Positions 25,871 to 34,910 of a DNA stretch of 64,000 nt are shown one piece after another. Numbering within the stretch: the first letter of the stretch is position 1; each line of letters opens with the position of its first letter. The notes below the pieces were generated by a model. The model saw nothing but the letters and a program-made list of their open reading frames with translations, had not been told where the DNA came from and did no database searches. The stretch is from a virus: positions 124,802-188,801 of the IMG/VR virus record IMGVR_UViG_3300022602_002120; one strand, given 5' to 3'. The translations under genes were made by a program, and so were the position numbers.

Positions 25871-27448
25871 TTATTCTCCTAACCCTTCTTCTAAGTTATC
25901 TAAATTAGCTTCATCAAACCCACTGTCGTCTACATGATGCTCTTCTTCGTCTACTTCAAACAAGTTATTAAACATAGTACTAGCATTAACAGTTTTCTTA
26001 CCTGTAGCCCCGCGAGTACCAATAATGCTCATCCAGAACTTACTGTGATCTTCAATAATCTGTTCAGCACTACTACGATCTGGCGCAGCAAAGATTTGAT
26101 CTACAACGTCACGGAAATAAACACGCTCAAATGTTTCCTGTACTAGCATGTTAGGCACAACGCCTTGGTCATACTGTCTATTAGCTTCTTGTACTGAATT
26201 AATATGACTCCAAACATTATGACCCATTTGAATAGCATAACTAAAACTATCCCAGCTGGTCTTACCCTCTTTACCAATCTTGTTCAAATCACCTGGGGCA
26301 TACTTACAAACATCGTTGATCTGTATACGATTACTAATAGGACTATCTGTAAAGTTGGGGAATATACCATCTTGTAGAACGGCGTCACTGAACTTGCGTG
26401 TGTCTTTGGCATACTTCTTATTGTCTACACTAGGTACCATACGATATACCCATTTCTTACGATCTTCAATTTCAGTTTGAATATAGATCTGTCCGTTAGC
26501 TGACGCTAGGAATGGACTAGCACAGTCAAAGCTAATAGTAAAATTAGGATTAACATACTTACGAACACTACGTTGAATGTCTGTTAATAAACAAGCCCAC
26601 TCTAGTTTACTTGTACCCAAAAAGTGCATCCAATCATGAACGCCTTCTTGTAGCAGTCCATCATAACGAATAGCCACTAGACGTTTAAGCACTAGATGTA
26701 CATCACACATGTTCTGTCCACCCATTGCCCAACCATTAAAGTGACGACCTGGATATTGCGTAGGATCACAGTACTTTTTCATGCGATCATACCAATCATC
26801 TGCGTCTGCGTGATTTTCGCCTTGTAGAACGTTCAAGAACTTACAGTTACCATTACGATTATTAATAAACCAATCATTGTTAATGTAAGTACCTTCAACT
26901 GCTTCGTCGTAGGTATTGATACCAGTGGCCTTACGTCCTGCTGGACTACGAGCCACCCAAGCTGGGATATCTAAACACATACCATAGTCCATGTATGCGT
27001 CCATCCAAGTAAGCACTAGTTCACGTTTCTTTTGTGCTTTGGGACAGTTTGGATCTTTCCAATCACCTTCCCAAACACCCTTACCAATTTGGAAACCACC
27101 ACTATCACCTAAGATAAACGATTTAGTACGATCTCTATTTCTGACCATGTCTTCTTTGGGACTGTGCTTGTTTACATCTAGTTCAGCGTGGCCTGCTGAA
27201 TATAAACTCCAGTGATAGGGAAAGTAAGCTTCAGTTGGATTAAGCCAGTTAAGGCCTTCCATACCGTTTTCAAAGTTTGCTGGAATACGGGTTGACTCTA
27301 CATACAAGTTACCGTTAGCATCCGGAAAACGTTGTTTTCCTACGTAAGTGGCATAGAATCCACTCAATGCTGGAAGAAAAACGGCGTATTGGCTTTGACC
27401 ATCTGTGCCTAGTTGTTTTTCTGTAAGATTGTCTCTTGGTAGTGTCAT
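25871..27448 (-). CDS. dpdA: TGT-fold DNA 7-deazaguanine transglycosylase (DpdA-like)
   Basis: DSGGFQ, LDIP, VLQG, AMGG, HFLG, SFDC equivalents of TGT catalytic motifs; no CxCxxC zinc site; alternative start 27466. Confidence 0.78.
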   Translation of the reverse strand: MTLPRDNLTEKQLGTDGQSQYAVFLPALSGFYATYVGKQRFPDANGNLYVESTRIPANFENGMEGLNWLNPTEAYFPYHWSLYSAGHAELDVNKHSPKEDMVRNRDRTKSFILGDSGGFQIGKGVWEGDWKDPNCPKAQKKRELVLTWMDAYMDYGMCLDIPAWVARSPAGRKATGINTYDEAVEGTYINNDWFINNRNGNCKFLNVLQGENHADADDWYDRMKKYCDPTQYPGRHFNGWAMGGQNMCDVHLVLKRLVAIRYDGLLQEGVHDWMHFLGTSKLEWACLLTDIQRSVRKYVNPNFTISFDCASPFLASANGQIYIQTEIEDRKKWVYRMVPSVDNKKYAKDTRKFSDAVLQDGIFPNFTDSPISNRIQINDVCKYAPGDLNKIGKEGKTSWDSFSYAIQMGHNVWSHINSVQEANRQYDQGVVPNMLVQETFERVYFRDVVDQIFAAPDRSSAEQIIEDHSKFWMSIIGTRGATGKKTVNASTMFNNLFEVDEEEHHVDDSGFDEANLDNLEEGLGE

Positions 27449-27452
27449 TGAT

Positions 27453-28154
27453 TTATTTTGTTCCATTGCGTTTTTGTTCCCATAATTTTTTTCTTGCCTC
27501 AGACATTTTACGTTTAGTTTCTTCTGACATGTCTCTGCCTTTTAACTTAGCACTTATTTTTGCTTTTTGCTCATCAGTGTTCGCTCTACCTTTGTGTGCT
27601 TCACTTAGTTTAGCACGATGTTCTTCTGTAAAGCAACGACCTTTGAGTGATGTTGCGTATTGCTGTACTTTTTCGCTTGTTTCTTTAGACTGACCTTTAT
27701 TCCACGGTATATTGCCCTTACCAGAGTCACTTAACTTTCTTTTGTGTTCTTCTGATTTAGGCTTTCCCTTAAGGGCAGCAGAAATTTTATCACCGTGTTC
27801 TTTTTTAATACCCTTATTTGCTTTACTAATTTTCTCTCTTCCTGCGTCAGTTAAAAAGGAGCCAACTTGCGTATCCTTATTCCACGGAATAATTCCTGCT
27901 GTACCATCTCCACCATCTGTTCTATTATGTAATGTGCCTGTGCCTAAATCTTTTCTACCATACCAGCGTATAAGTCTACGTTCTAAAGCAAATGCCCCAA
28001 GTTCTGATAAATTGGATTCTAATATAACAATCCTATTAAGATCTTTAGGAACAATAACAGAATGTGATTTTTGCCACGCTCTGTCATCTTTACCTTTCCC
28101 AATATAATACGGAGTTAAATCTTTAGTTCTCAAATAAGCATATACATAAAACAT
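27453..28154 (-). mobile_element. free-standing GIY-YIG-type homing endonuclease with NUMOD3 repeats
   Basis: YVYAY...YYIGKG...R, E..LI..YG, YN.T.GGDG, repeated SEEHKRKLS modules; late TAAATA at 28174-28179. Confidence 0.85.
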
Positions 28155-28202
28155 AATAGTTCCTCTATATGTTTATTTATACTTACTTGCGCTATTAGGC
28201 TT

Positions 28203-28379
28203 TTATTTCACATTGTCATCTTTTAATTTCTCGTATGTTTTATGTTTTTCCCAGCGAAGTTTAAGATCTGGGTTTTGTGCTATAAAGCGTTCGTACCAAC
28301 TCCATTCAGTCAGACGTTCTGCTGTGAGTTTAAACTCTCGTCTATCTGGAATAAGTTTTTCAAGATTTGCTAGACTCAT
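28203..28379 (-). CDS. small hypothetical protein (58 aa)
   Basis: Manually translated MSLANLEKLIPDRREF...NPDLKLRWEKHKTYEKLKDDNVK; absent from ORF track. Confidence 0.7.
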   Translation of the reverse strand: MSLANLEKLIPDRREFKLTAERLTEWSWYERFIAQNPDLKLRWEKHKTYEKLKDDNVK

Positions 28380-28543
28380 TTAGTGTCCTTTAGGGCTTTG
28401 AAAGTTTTAAACTGTTCGTACTTTTCTAGTGTCTTAGGATCTTGCAGCATGAATTCTCTAAATATTCTAATTTCATTTAGTTCGTCCATGAACTTCATCA
28501 TAACACTAGTTATAGGATCACTTTTATTAGCTACCAGCGACAT
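28376..28543 (-). CDS. small hypothetical protein
   Basis: Start reassigned to MSLVANK; shares C-terminal motif with neighbours. Confidence 0.65.
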   Translation of the reverse strand: MSLVANKSDPITSVMMKFMDELNEIRIFREFMLQDPKTLEKYEQFKTFKALKDTK

Positions 28544-28874
28544 TACCTTCTTCCCTGGTAAGAATATCCATGACTTGAAACTTCTCATAAGCATCTTTAA
28601 GTCCAGGATGTTTTTCCATACGCTCTTTAAGAGTAGCTTCTTCTCGCTGTTTTTCTATAGCCCAACGGATAGCATTGTCGGCATCCCAGCTTAGACCAAT
28701 AGTCACACCCTGACTCATCAGTTGCCAACTACTACCGTCATAGACTTCTACTGATTGGTTAGCGGGATTGTATCGTAACTGCCCAACATTCAGCATACCA
28801 TTATTGTAAATGTTTGGAGGATAGTTTCCTGTAACGGTTACGTAGGCACTATTTGTTGCTAGGTTTTTAATCAT
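28527..28874 (-). CDS. hypothetical protein
   Basis: 115 aa; C-terminal HPGLKDAYEKF motif. Confidence 0.75.
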   Translation of the reverse strand: MIKNLATNSAYVTVTGNYPPNIYNNGMLNVGQLRYNPANQSVEVYDGSSWQLMSQGVTIGLSWDADNAIRWAIEKQREEATLKERMEKHPGLKDAYEKFQVMDILTREEGNVAGS

Positions 28875-29448
28875 AAAATTTCACACTCTTATATAACTTA
28901 TAGTCTTCGGCAAAATACTCCTCTAATCTTGCTCGATATAGAGGATTTTGATTGATTTCTTCATTAAAACGAACAATAAATTCACGTTTACTACCTGTAC
29001 TAGTGTTATACTCTAAGGCAATCTGAATATTAGTACGATAGTTAAATTGTTTAACCCAACGCTCTAAATTGTCACGTAGGCGTTCATCTACACGTAAAAA
29101 AGTTGCTTTACTTAACTCAACCCCTTGTATAAAGTATACTTGGTGTTCGGTATGATCGTCAAATGTAATTTGCTCAAGTGCTTGATCTACAGTCAGCATT
29201 ATTCCAGTGTTATAACAATATTCTGCTATTCCACTAATCCAACGTTCGATCGGTTCACGTAGCGCAATTAGATATTCATCAGCAGGCACTAGTGTTTCGC
29301 TATGTCGCCACATACCATAACAGCCAATTAAACAGCCTTTGATAAAACTACTAGCATTTTTAGGAATATGTACATAGGTTAGGTGATGAGTATCATCTAC
29401 CCAACATTCACCTAGTCTATGTCCTAAATGTGCCCACTTACCGTACAT
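28867..29448 (-). CDS. sulfotransferase family protein
   Basis: HIPKNASS PAPS-binding loop, LREPIERWISG, H...Q, Y.EDYKL. Confidence 0.8.
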   Translation of the reverse strand: MYGKWAHLGHRLGECWVDDTHHLTYVHIPKNASSFIKGCLIGCYGMWRHSETLVPADEYLIALREPIERWISGIAEYCYNTGIMLTVDQALEQITFDDHTEHQVYFIQGVELSKATFLRVDERLRDNLERWVKQFNYRTNIQIALEYNTSTGSKREFIVRFNEEINQNPLYRARLEEYFAEDYKLYKSVKFYD

Positions 29449-30179
29449 TACTTGCTTTGTGCTGGTAGTAAGTAGTTGTATGTTGCTAGACCTGTGTTTA
29501 CAGTGATCTGCGCAACACCTTCGTCGCTGATACTAAATTTCTTATCGCCTGCTAGATTAAGAATAGCAATTACAGCTGCAACAGGCCATGACCATGCTTT
29601 GGTTAATTTACCACTAACACCTGCTTGGAACACAAAGTTACCAGCATGACTACTGTGATCGCCAAAGAAGAATTTTAAGTCAGTACCTTCTGTTTTAGCT
29701 GTAAAATTTGTTTCTTCACTATTAGCACTTGACATAAACTTCAAACGTTGAATACTTGCTACTGTAGGTTCAAATTCTACGTTCCAGTTAACAGTTTTCA
29801 TTTTAACTGTTTTAAGTTTGTCACTAACAATTTCTTGACTCATAAAACGATAGTCGTTCTTAAAGTCACCCGCGGCATTTTCAAAATGCAGGCCCACTGA
29901 AACAGCTTCGCCATTGCGGTCTTGTGTGGTTAATGAAATCTTAGCATTTTCTTTGTATTCTGGAATGTTAAGAATTGTGTTTAGTTTGCCTAGATTAGGC
30001 ATACCAAATGTGCCAATAAACTCAGCCACAGGTCCATTTAATTTAGCCTGTACAATAACTGAACGATCTTCAGCTAGGGCTTCGATGTTTGTTTCTTTGT
30101 CGGTGCCTGTTACTTTAACTAAATCAATATTGCCTAGGCCATAAGTGTTTTTAACGATGTCTAATAGATGGTCTCTCAT
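29448..30179 (-). CDS. DNA polymerase sliding clamp (gp45/PCNA-like)
   Basis: 243 aa beta-rich protein ending in Y.LPAQ, two genes downstream of DNA polymerase B. Confidence 0.7.
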   Translation of the reverse strand: MRDHLLDIVKNTYGLGNIDLVKVTGTDKETNIEALAEDRSVIVQAKLNGPVAEFIGTFGMPNLGKLNTILNIPEYKENAKISLTTQDRNGEAVSVGLHFENAAGDFKNDYRFMSQEIVSDKLKTVKMKTVNWNVEFEPTVASIQRLKFMSSANSEETNFTAKTEGTDLKFFFGDHSSHAGNFVFQAGVSGKLTKAWSWPVAAVIAILNLAGDKKFSISDEGVAQITVNTGLATYNYLLPAQSK

Positions 30180-30202
30180 GTGTTTCTCCTTGTTGATAAT
30201 AT

Positions 30203-30231
30203 AGTGTATATGATGTATTTAGATCGTGCAA
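30203..30231 (-). promoter_or_regulatory. sigma70-like promoter with nested TAAATA
   Basis: TTGCAC-N17-TACACT, CTAAATA in spacer. Confidence 0.55.
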
Positions 30232-30245
30232 GTCGTTTTGATAAA

Positions 30246-31175
30246 TTATTTTTGTTTTATTTCTCCTAATACAGGATGTCGTTTAGCTGTGGCTAGTGTA
30301 CCGGGTTTCTTAACAGCCAACCAACTGATATATTTTACAGATTGGTCAACATTAGATAAATCGTAATCATATGCTAGTTCATAGCCTAGTTCTTGACATG
30401 CAACTAATAAATGACGTTTAGGAACATAGCTCATACCACCAGTTTCTGCTAATTCACAACCTTCGAGTTGATCACAATTATTATAACTGAATAGGAATAT
30501 ACCCCCTGGTCGCAATAATTCTAACATTTTTTTTAGATAATCTTTAATACAGGTCATGCTGGTATAATTAAATAACATCCAACTAAAAATAAACCCAAAT
30601 TGATTTTGTGGTAACTGTACTACACTGTCGGTGATAATATATTTTTTTAAGCGACCATAATAAACATCGTTAAATTGTCTGGCTATTGTTTCTACATTAT
30701 CTGCATTAAAATCACATAGGTATAACGGATCGCTGGCAACTAGATCATTGGTTAAACGCATACTTGGTGCTGTGCATCCAAACTGTAGTGCAGGATAATA
30801 AAAGTTAGAGTGTTGGCGAATATTTACAGTAATAGCTTCGATTACTTCGTCGCTAATTTGAAAATCAATACGGTGATACTGTTTAAAGAATTCAAGACTA
30901 ACATCAGGAAATTGCGTATTAGCTAGCAGGTCTATAGCATCGTTGATCTTATTAAGAATCTCAGGTAATTGTTCTTTAAGATTAACTGTGTACGGTATTA
31001 ATTTTTCATATTCTGCCTGCACCGACCCTAATATATCATGTCCAACATTATGCGGATGAGTTACTCCTAATTGATGTAGTAATTGGCATACATCTGAGAT
31101 AGCAGGCGTTAGATTGATTTGACTCAATGTCGAAATAACATCGTTACGATATCTTATTAAATCACTGACTAGCAT
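30246..31175 (-). CDS. class I SAM-dependent methyltransferase-like protein
   Basis: LQFGC, FGFIFS, LLRPGGIFLFSY motifs; coiled N-terminus. Confidence 0.7.
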   Translation of the reverse strand: MLVSDLIRYRNDVISTLSQINLTPAISDVCQLLHQLGVTHPHNVGHDILGSVQAEYEKLIPYTVNLKEQLPEILNKINDAIDLLANTQFPDVSLEFFKQYHRIDFQISDEVIEAITVNIRQHSNFYYPALQFGCTAPSMRLTNDLVASDPLYLCDFNADNVETIARQFNDVYYGRLKKYIITDSVVQLPQNQFGFIFSWMLFNYTSMTCIKDYLKKMLELLRPGGIFLFSYNNCDQLEGCELAETGGMSYVPKRHLLVACQELGYELAYDYDLSNVDQSVKYISWLAVKKPGTLATAKRHPVLGEIKQK

Positions 31176-33832
31176 TATTCAAAACTAAACAAACTATCAA
31201 ACGTTGTTTTAATCTGTGTACTAGCCGCAATATCCCAATCTAATACGCCTAATAGGTTTTCTACCTTTTGATCTACGATGCCTGTTTCCATAGCATCATC
31301 ATCAAACGGTAGCTCTTTGAACCAAGCTGGTATATGTGTTTCGTCTGTTGGATAGCCTACACTAGTGTAACCTAGAGGATTATCTTTGAGTTTACACACA
31401 ATAGTTTTCATGCCGTCGACGATCTGCATTGAATAGTTATCTCCCATCATGCGGCGTAGATTATTCCAATTCATTGCAGCTCTAACGTGCCCTGGCATAT
31501 TGGCTTTACCTTCACGAACTTCTGCGGCTGTGTACTTGGTTAAGTTGTTTACACGTTTAGGTGTGCCTTTTTCCCAAGCAGGGCGATCTTGGAATATTAA
31601 CTTGAAATCGCGTATCTTTTCGATAATAGTTTCGCGTTGACTACCAGTTAATACATCTAATAAGATTTCGCTTAAGAAATCCTGCATAAATGCTGGAGTG
31701 TCACTGCGTTTCAAGTCTAAGCCCATGGCCTTTAGTTTACCTGGTTTGTCGTGAGTATCTAGGCGCTTTCCTTCTAGGTCATAGATCAGTACAGCATAGC
31801 GTTTCTTCTTGATAAACAGGCCTTTAAGTGCTACAAGCTCACGCCCGCCTTTGATCAACCCACCCTGTTTGCGTGGAGTGTGGAAAGCACGTTCACAGAA
31901 CTGTGGAAAACTTTCGTTAACTTGATCAGCAATAGTATCATAAAGTTGTACAGCAATGTCTTTTGACCATTCCATACGGCCCGCTTCTACATCTTCTTTG
32001 ACGATAGGCCATGCACTAAAATAACATGAGTCTGTATCACCGTAGATAATAGCCTTACCTACGTGATCGTACTCACCAGTGATGCACTCATTTATGTAGG
32101 CATCCATGTGCTTGGCAATGGTACGACCGGTAAGGGTAGTGGATTGTCCAATACGCTTATCAAAGAAGCGACAACCAGGATTAAGAATAGCACCATACAA
32201 GCTATTAAGGTTAATCTTTTTAACCAGCTGTCGTTTGTCCCAAAACGCAATATCTTCATCTGTAGTTGCTTCCTTCTTTTTAGCCTGCATTTCTTTACGT
32301 TCAGCATACCAACGTTCTAGTAATCCTGGAATAACACCCTTGCGATCATTACTAAAGATAGTACCGTTAGCACTTAGAATCCAGTTCTTACCACTGTCAA
32401 AGATCAATCGCCAAACATCTGCGGCACTTAGGACATCACTGCCACCTTGTACCCAATCGATGGTAATTTCTGTGCCAGCTTGAGTTTCCATAACGGCTGT
32501 GTATTCTAAACTGCCAAACAAACCTTCCCATGCGTCAGCAAAGCTACTGCCACTATCCATTTTCTGTTTGATATAGTGATCAGTCATGATAGGACGTAGT
32601 TGTCCTACAATAGTTTCTGGACCCATGTTTAATGCACGAATTGCTGATGGATAAAGTGAGTTAATATCAACTGCACCGATATAATCGTGCATACCTGCTT
32701 TAGGAGTTGCTACATACGCACCTGCGGCCTGTGTGTTGAACTGTTCTTCACGGTTACGATTAGGTACAACCATACCAAGTTGATGTGCTTCGTTGATAAT
32801 TGCCTGTTCTGTAACAGCTACAGCACCCATAGTTGTTTGTAGTAACACAGTATTATCATGCGCAAGTTCATTGGCTAGATCTAAAAAGCGTAGTTTCTTG
32901 TCTAGCTTGCCTAGCAACATGGTATCCTGTCTATTATAGTCAATAAACTTAGGAAAGTCTTTGTTGTAGAGTTGATCTAAGGTACCTTCATAGGCAACCT
33001 TACGCTCATCTAGTTCATATTCGCCGATGGCATCTAAGCTATAACTATGACGTTCTTCATATGTGTACTTGCGATACAATTGCATATAGTCTAGATGTAC
33101 ACGACCAATCAAGTCAAATGTAATGTTAGTAGCACCAAAGCGTTCAAAATCGCGTTGTTTAGGATATTGACCCCACAAGCACATGCGTCGTGTATCATCT
33201 TTGCTTAAAACACGAATAATACGTCCAATGGTATATGGAATATCATAGCCCTCACTGTTCCAACCACTTAAGATGTCAGCATCATCAATTAGGTTAAGGA
33301 ATGTGTCCAACATATCCTGTTCACGATCAAACAAGAAACAGTTTTCATATTGATTACATATTTCCTGTGCTGACTCCCAACTATAACTTTTAGGAGGAAC
33401 TACTAAGGTGACTAGTTTGTCTAACCAATCTAAGTATACCGAGATAGCTGTAATAGCATTAAATGGATCGTTTGTTGGAGCATAACCTCGTTCAGGGTCA
33501 AAGTCTACCTCAATATCGAAGAACGCTGTTTGCAGTTTAGGGGCAGCCTGTCCTAGGTAGTTTTCTTCAAAACATCGAAACACAGGATTGATGTCACTTT
33601 CCCATATTTTCTTATTACCATTGACTCTGACTTCTTTGTGGAATTCCTTGCCTACACGAGTACTAAAGCGACTTACCGGTGTGTCGTAGATAGTGCGGAA
33701 TTTACCTTTGGGATCATCATAATAGAATACATAGTTTGCTGGGTATTCTTTATATTCTCTTTGACCGTTGTTGCGTTCAACAACGTAGATTCGATCTTTT
33801 GTTCGATCGAATAGTGCGTCTACATAACTCAT
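31175..33832 (-). CDS. family B DNA polymerase (gp43-like)
   Basis: FFDIEV and GWNSEGYD exonuclease; DINSLYPS, KINLNSLYG, YGDTDS, KKRY; no intein. Confidence 0.97.
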   Translation of the reverse strand: MSYVDALFDRTKDRIYVVERNNGQREYKEYPANYVFYYDDPKGKFRTIYDTPVSRFSTRVGKEFHKEVRVNGNKKIWESDINPVFRCFEENYLGQAAPKLQTAFFDIEVDFDPERGYAPTNDPFNAITAISVYLDWLDKLVTLVVPPKSYSWESAQEICNQYENCFLFDREQDMLDTFLNLIDDADILSGWNSEGYDIPYTIGRIIRVLSKDDTRRMCLWGQYPKQRDFERFGATNITFDLIGRVHLDYMQLYRKYTYEERHSYSLDAIGEYELDERKVAYEGTLDQLYNKDFPKFIDYNRQDTMLLGKLDKKLRFLDLANELAHDNTVLLQTTMGAVAVTEQAIINEAHQLGMVVPNRNREEQFNTQAAGAYVATPKAGMHDYIGAVDINSLYPSAIRALNMGPETIVGQLRPIMTDHYIKQKMDSGSSFADAWEGLFGSLEYTAVMETQAGTEITIDWVQGGSDVLSAADVWRLIFDSGKNWILSANGTIFSNDRKGVIPGLLERWYAERKEMQAKKKEATTDEDIAFWDKRQLVKKINLNSLYGAILNPGCRFFDKRIGQSTTLTGRTIAKHMDAYINECITGEYDHVGKAIIYGDTDSCYFSAWPIVKEDVEAGRMEWSKDIAVQLYDTIADQVNESFPQFCERAFHTPRKQGGLIKGGRELVALKGLFIKKKRYAVLIYDLEGKRLDTHDKPGKLKAMGLDLKRSDTPAFMQDFLSEILLDVLTGSQRETIIEKIRDFKLIFQDRPAWEKGTPKRVNNLTKYTAAEVREGKANMPGHVRAAMNWNNLRRMMGDNYSMQIVDGMKTIVCKLKDNPLGYTSVGYPTDETHIPAWFKELPFDDDAMETGIVDQKVENLLGVLDWDIAASTQIKTTFDSLFSFE

Positions 33833-33835
33833 AAC

Positions 33836-33857
33836 TCTCCTGCCACTTATAGCTGGC
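33836..33857 (-). promoter_or_regulatory. hairpin abutting the DNA polymerase SD (candidate translational operator)
   Basis: GCCA-GCUAUAAG-UGGC immediately 5' of AGGAGA. Confidence 0.4.
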
Positions 33858-33895
33858 TAACTTTTCTGCATGTACGTAAGTGTACGATTCTTTTA

Positions 33896-34183
33896 TTATA
33901 ACATTAATATTCTATAAAAACCAATCAAATCGATAGCAAATAATGTTATACTAGTTAATAAAATACCAAAACTACCTCGACTAATAGCTGAGAATATGCT
34001 AATACTTAGTGCAACAAATATAACTGGATAGACAATTAACCAATTAGTGTGTGGTACAGTTAAACTCACACTAAGACTAATGACTATGTTTAGTAACCAA
34101 TTAACAGTCTCTAAACATAGTCTGACAGGATGACTATGCCAATCGTTTTTAATAAAATTAGCTGTCTTGTGCCAATCAATCAA
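33896..34183 (-). CDS. membrane protein
   Basis: 95 aa, three hydrophobic helices. Confidence 0.7.
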   Translation of the reverse strand: MIDWHKTANFIKNDWHSHPVRLCLETVNWLLNIVISLSVSLTVPHTNWLIVYPVIFVALSISIFSAISRGSFGILLTSITLFAIDLIGFYRILML

Positions 34184-34440
34184 AGTGTGCGACCAACAGT
34201 TTCAAGGATATCTTGTAGTGTTTCGTGATCTTGGTTAGTTTCACCAAATTTACTTTTTTGTGCGATTTTAATTGCTTTTTTAAGGATAGCTGGTTTAATT
34301 TCTAATTCTTCTGCTACAGCTTTAATTGTGTCTGATAAGCCTGCGTTTAAGTCCTCTACTTCTTGTAAGACTTGAATACCTTCGTTAACTATTTGTGTTA
34401 ATTTGGCTTTTTGTTCTGATGAAAACATACGTGATGACAT
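34180..34440 (-). CDS. DsbA/GapR-like dsDNA-binding protein
   Basis: E.EDL....D.IK.V.EE.....ILKKAIK pattern. Confidence 0.65.
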   Translation of the reverse strand: MSSRMFSSEQKAKLTQIVNEGIQVLQEVEDLNAGLSDTIKAVAEELEIKPAILKKAIKIAQKSKFGETNQDHETLQDILETVGRTL

Positions 34441-34465
34441 AGATCATTCCTTGGTTGAAAAATAT

Positions 34466-34494
34466 ATTATATGTTATTTAGACTAGTAGGTCAA
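34466..34494 (-). promoter_or_regulatory. sigma70 promoter with nested TAAATA
   Basis: TTGACC-N17-TATAAT, CTAAATA at 34475-34480. Confidence 0.75.
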
Positions 34495-34910
34495 GAGACT
34501 CTACATTTTCTGAGCACTTTACTTGCTGTTTCGAATTGCCAGGCCAGATCATCAAATAGGCCCTCTGCAGGACGTACCATAAAAGCACGTGTTAAATAGG
34601 CATTTTGTCCTAGATCACTATAGTAGTTACCACTAGGCCATTTAAGTTTACCCCATTCCATGCTGTTGATTAACAAGCATTCATCACCGATTTCTTTAAG
34701 TATATGTTTGCGTTGAGATGTAGGCAGATTAACACTAGCTAGTAGTTTAACACCTAATGGTTCTTTATTGACGTTGGGTTTATCTAAATAGTGAGCAAAT
34801 AGATGTACAATGTATGCTTCTATGTTATGTTCTAAATTGACAGTAAGGGCGTTTTCAGCTCGTTTAACGAGTTCATATGACTCTCTAACGTAGATTTCCC
34901 AATTACTCAT
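34491..34910 (-). CDS. hypothetical protein
   Basis: 139 aa ORF. Confidence 0.75.
   Translation of the reverse strand: MSNWEIYVRESYELVKRAENALTVNLEHNIEAYIVHLFAHYLDKPNVNKEPLGVKLLASVNLPTSQRKHILKEIGDECLLINSMEWGKLKWPSGNYYSDLGQNAYLTRAFMVRPAEGLFDDLAWQFETASKVLRKCRVS

Noticed and set aside
25871-27448. Canonical tRNA-guanine transglycosylase for queuosine
   Set aside because: 531 aa with large inserts, no CxCxxC zinc site, located in a DNA replication operon, and no QueA/QueF/QueG; DpdA is the better reading, though not proven
27453-28379. Group I intron carrying the homing endonuclease
   Set aside because: Flanking ORFs are complete separate genes, there is little non-coding space and no P/Q/R/S core was seen
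31175-33832. Intein or split in DNA polymerase
   Set aside because: Normal length with contiguous motifs; no C/S...HN intein ends
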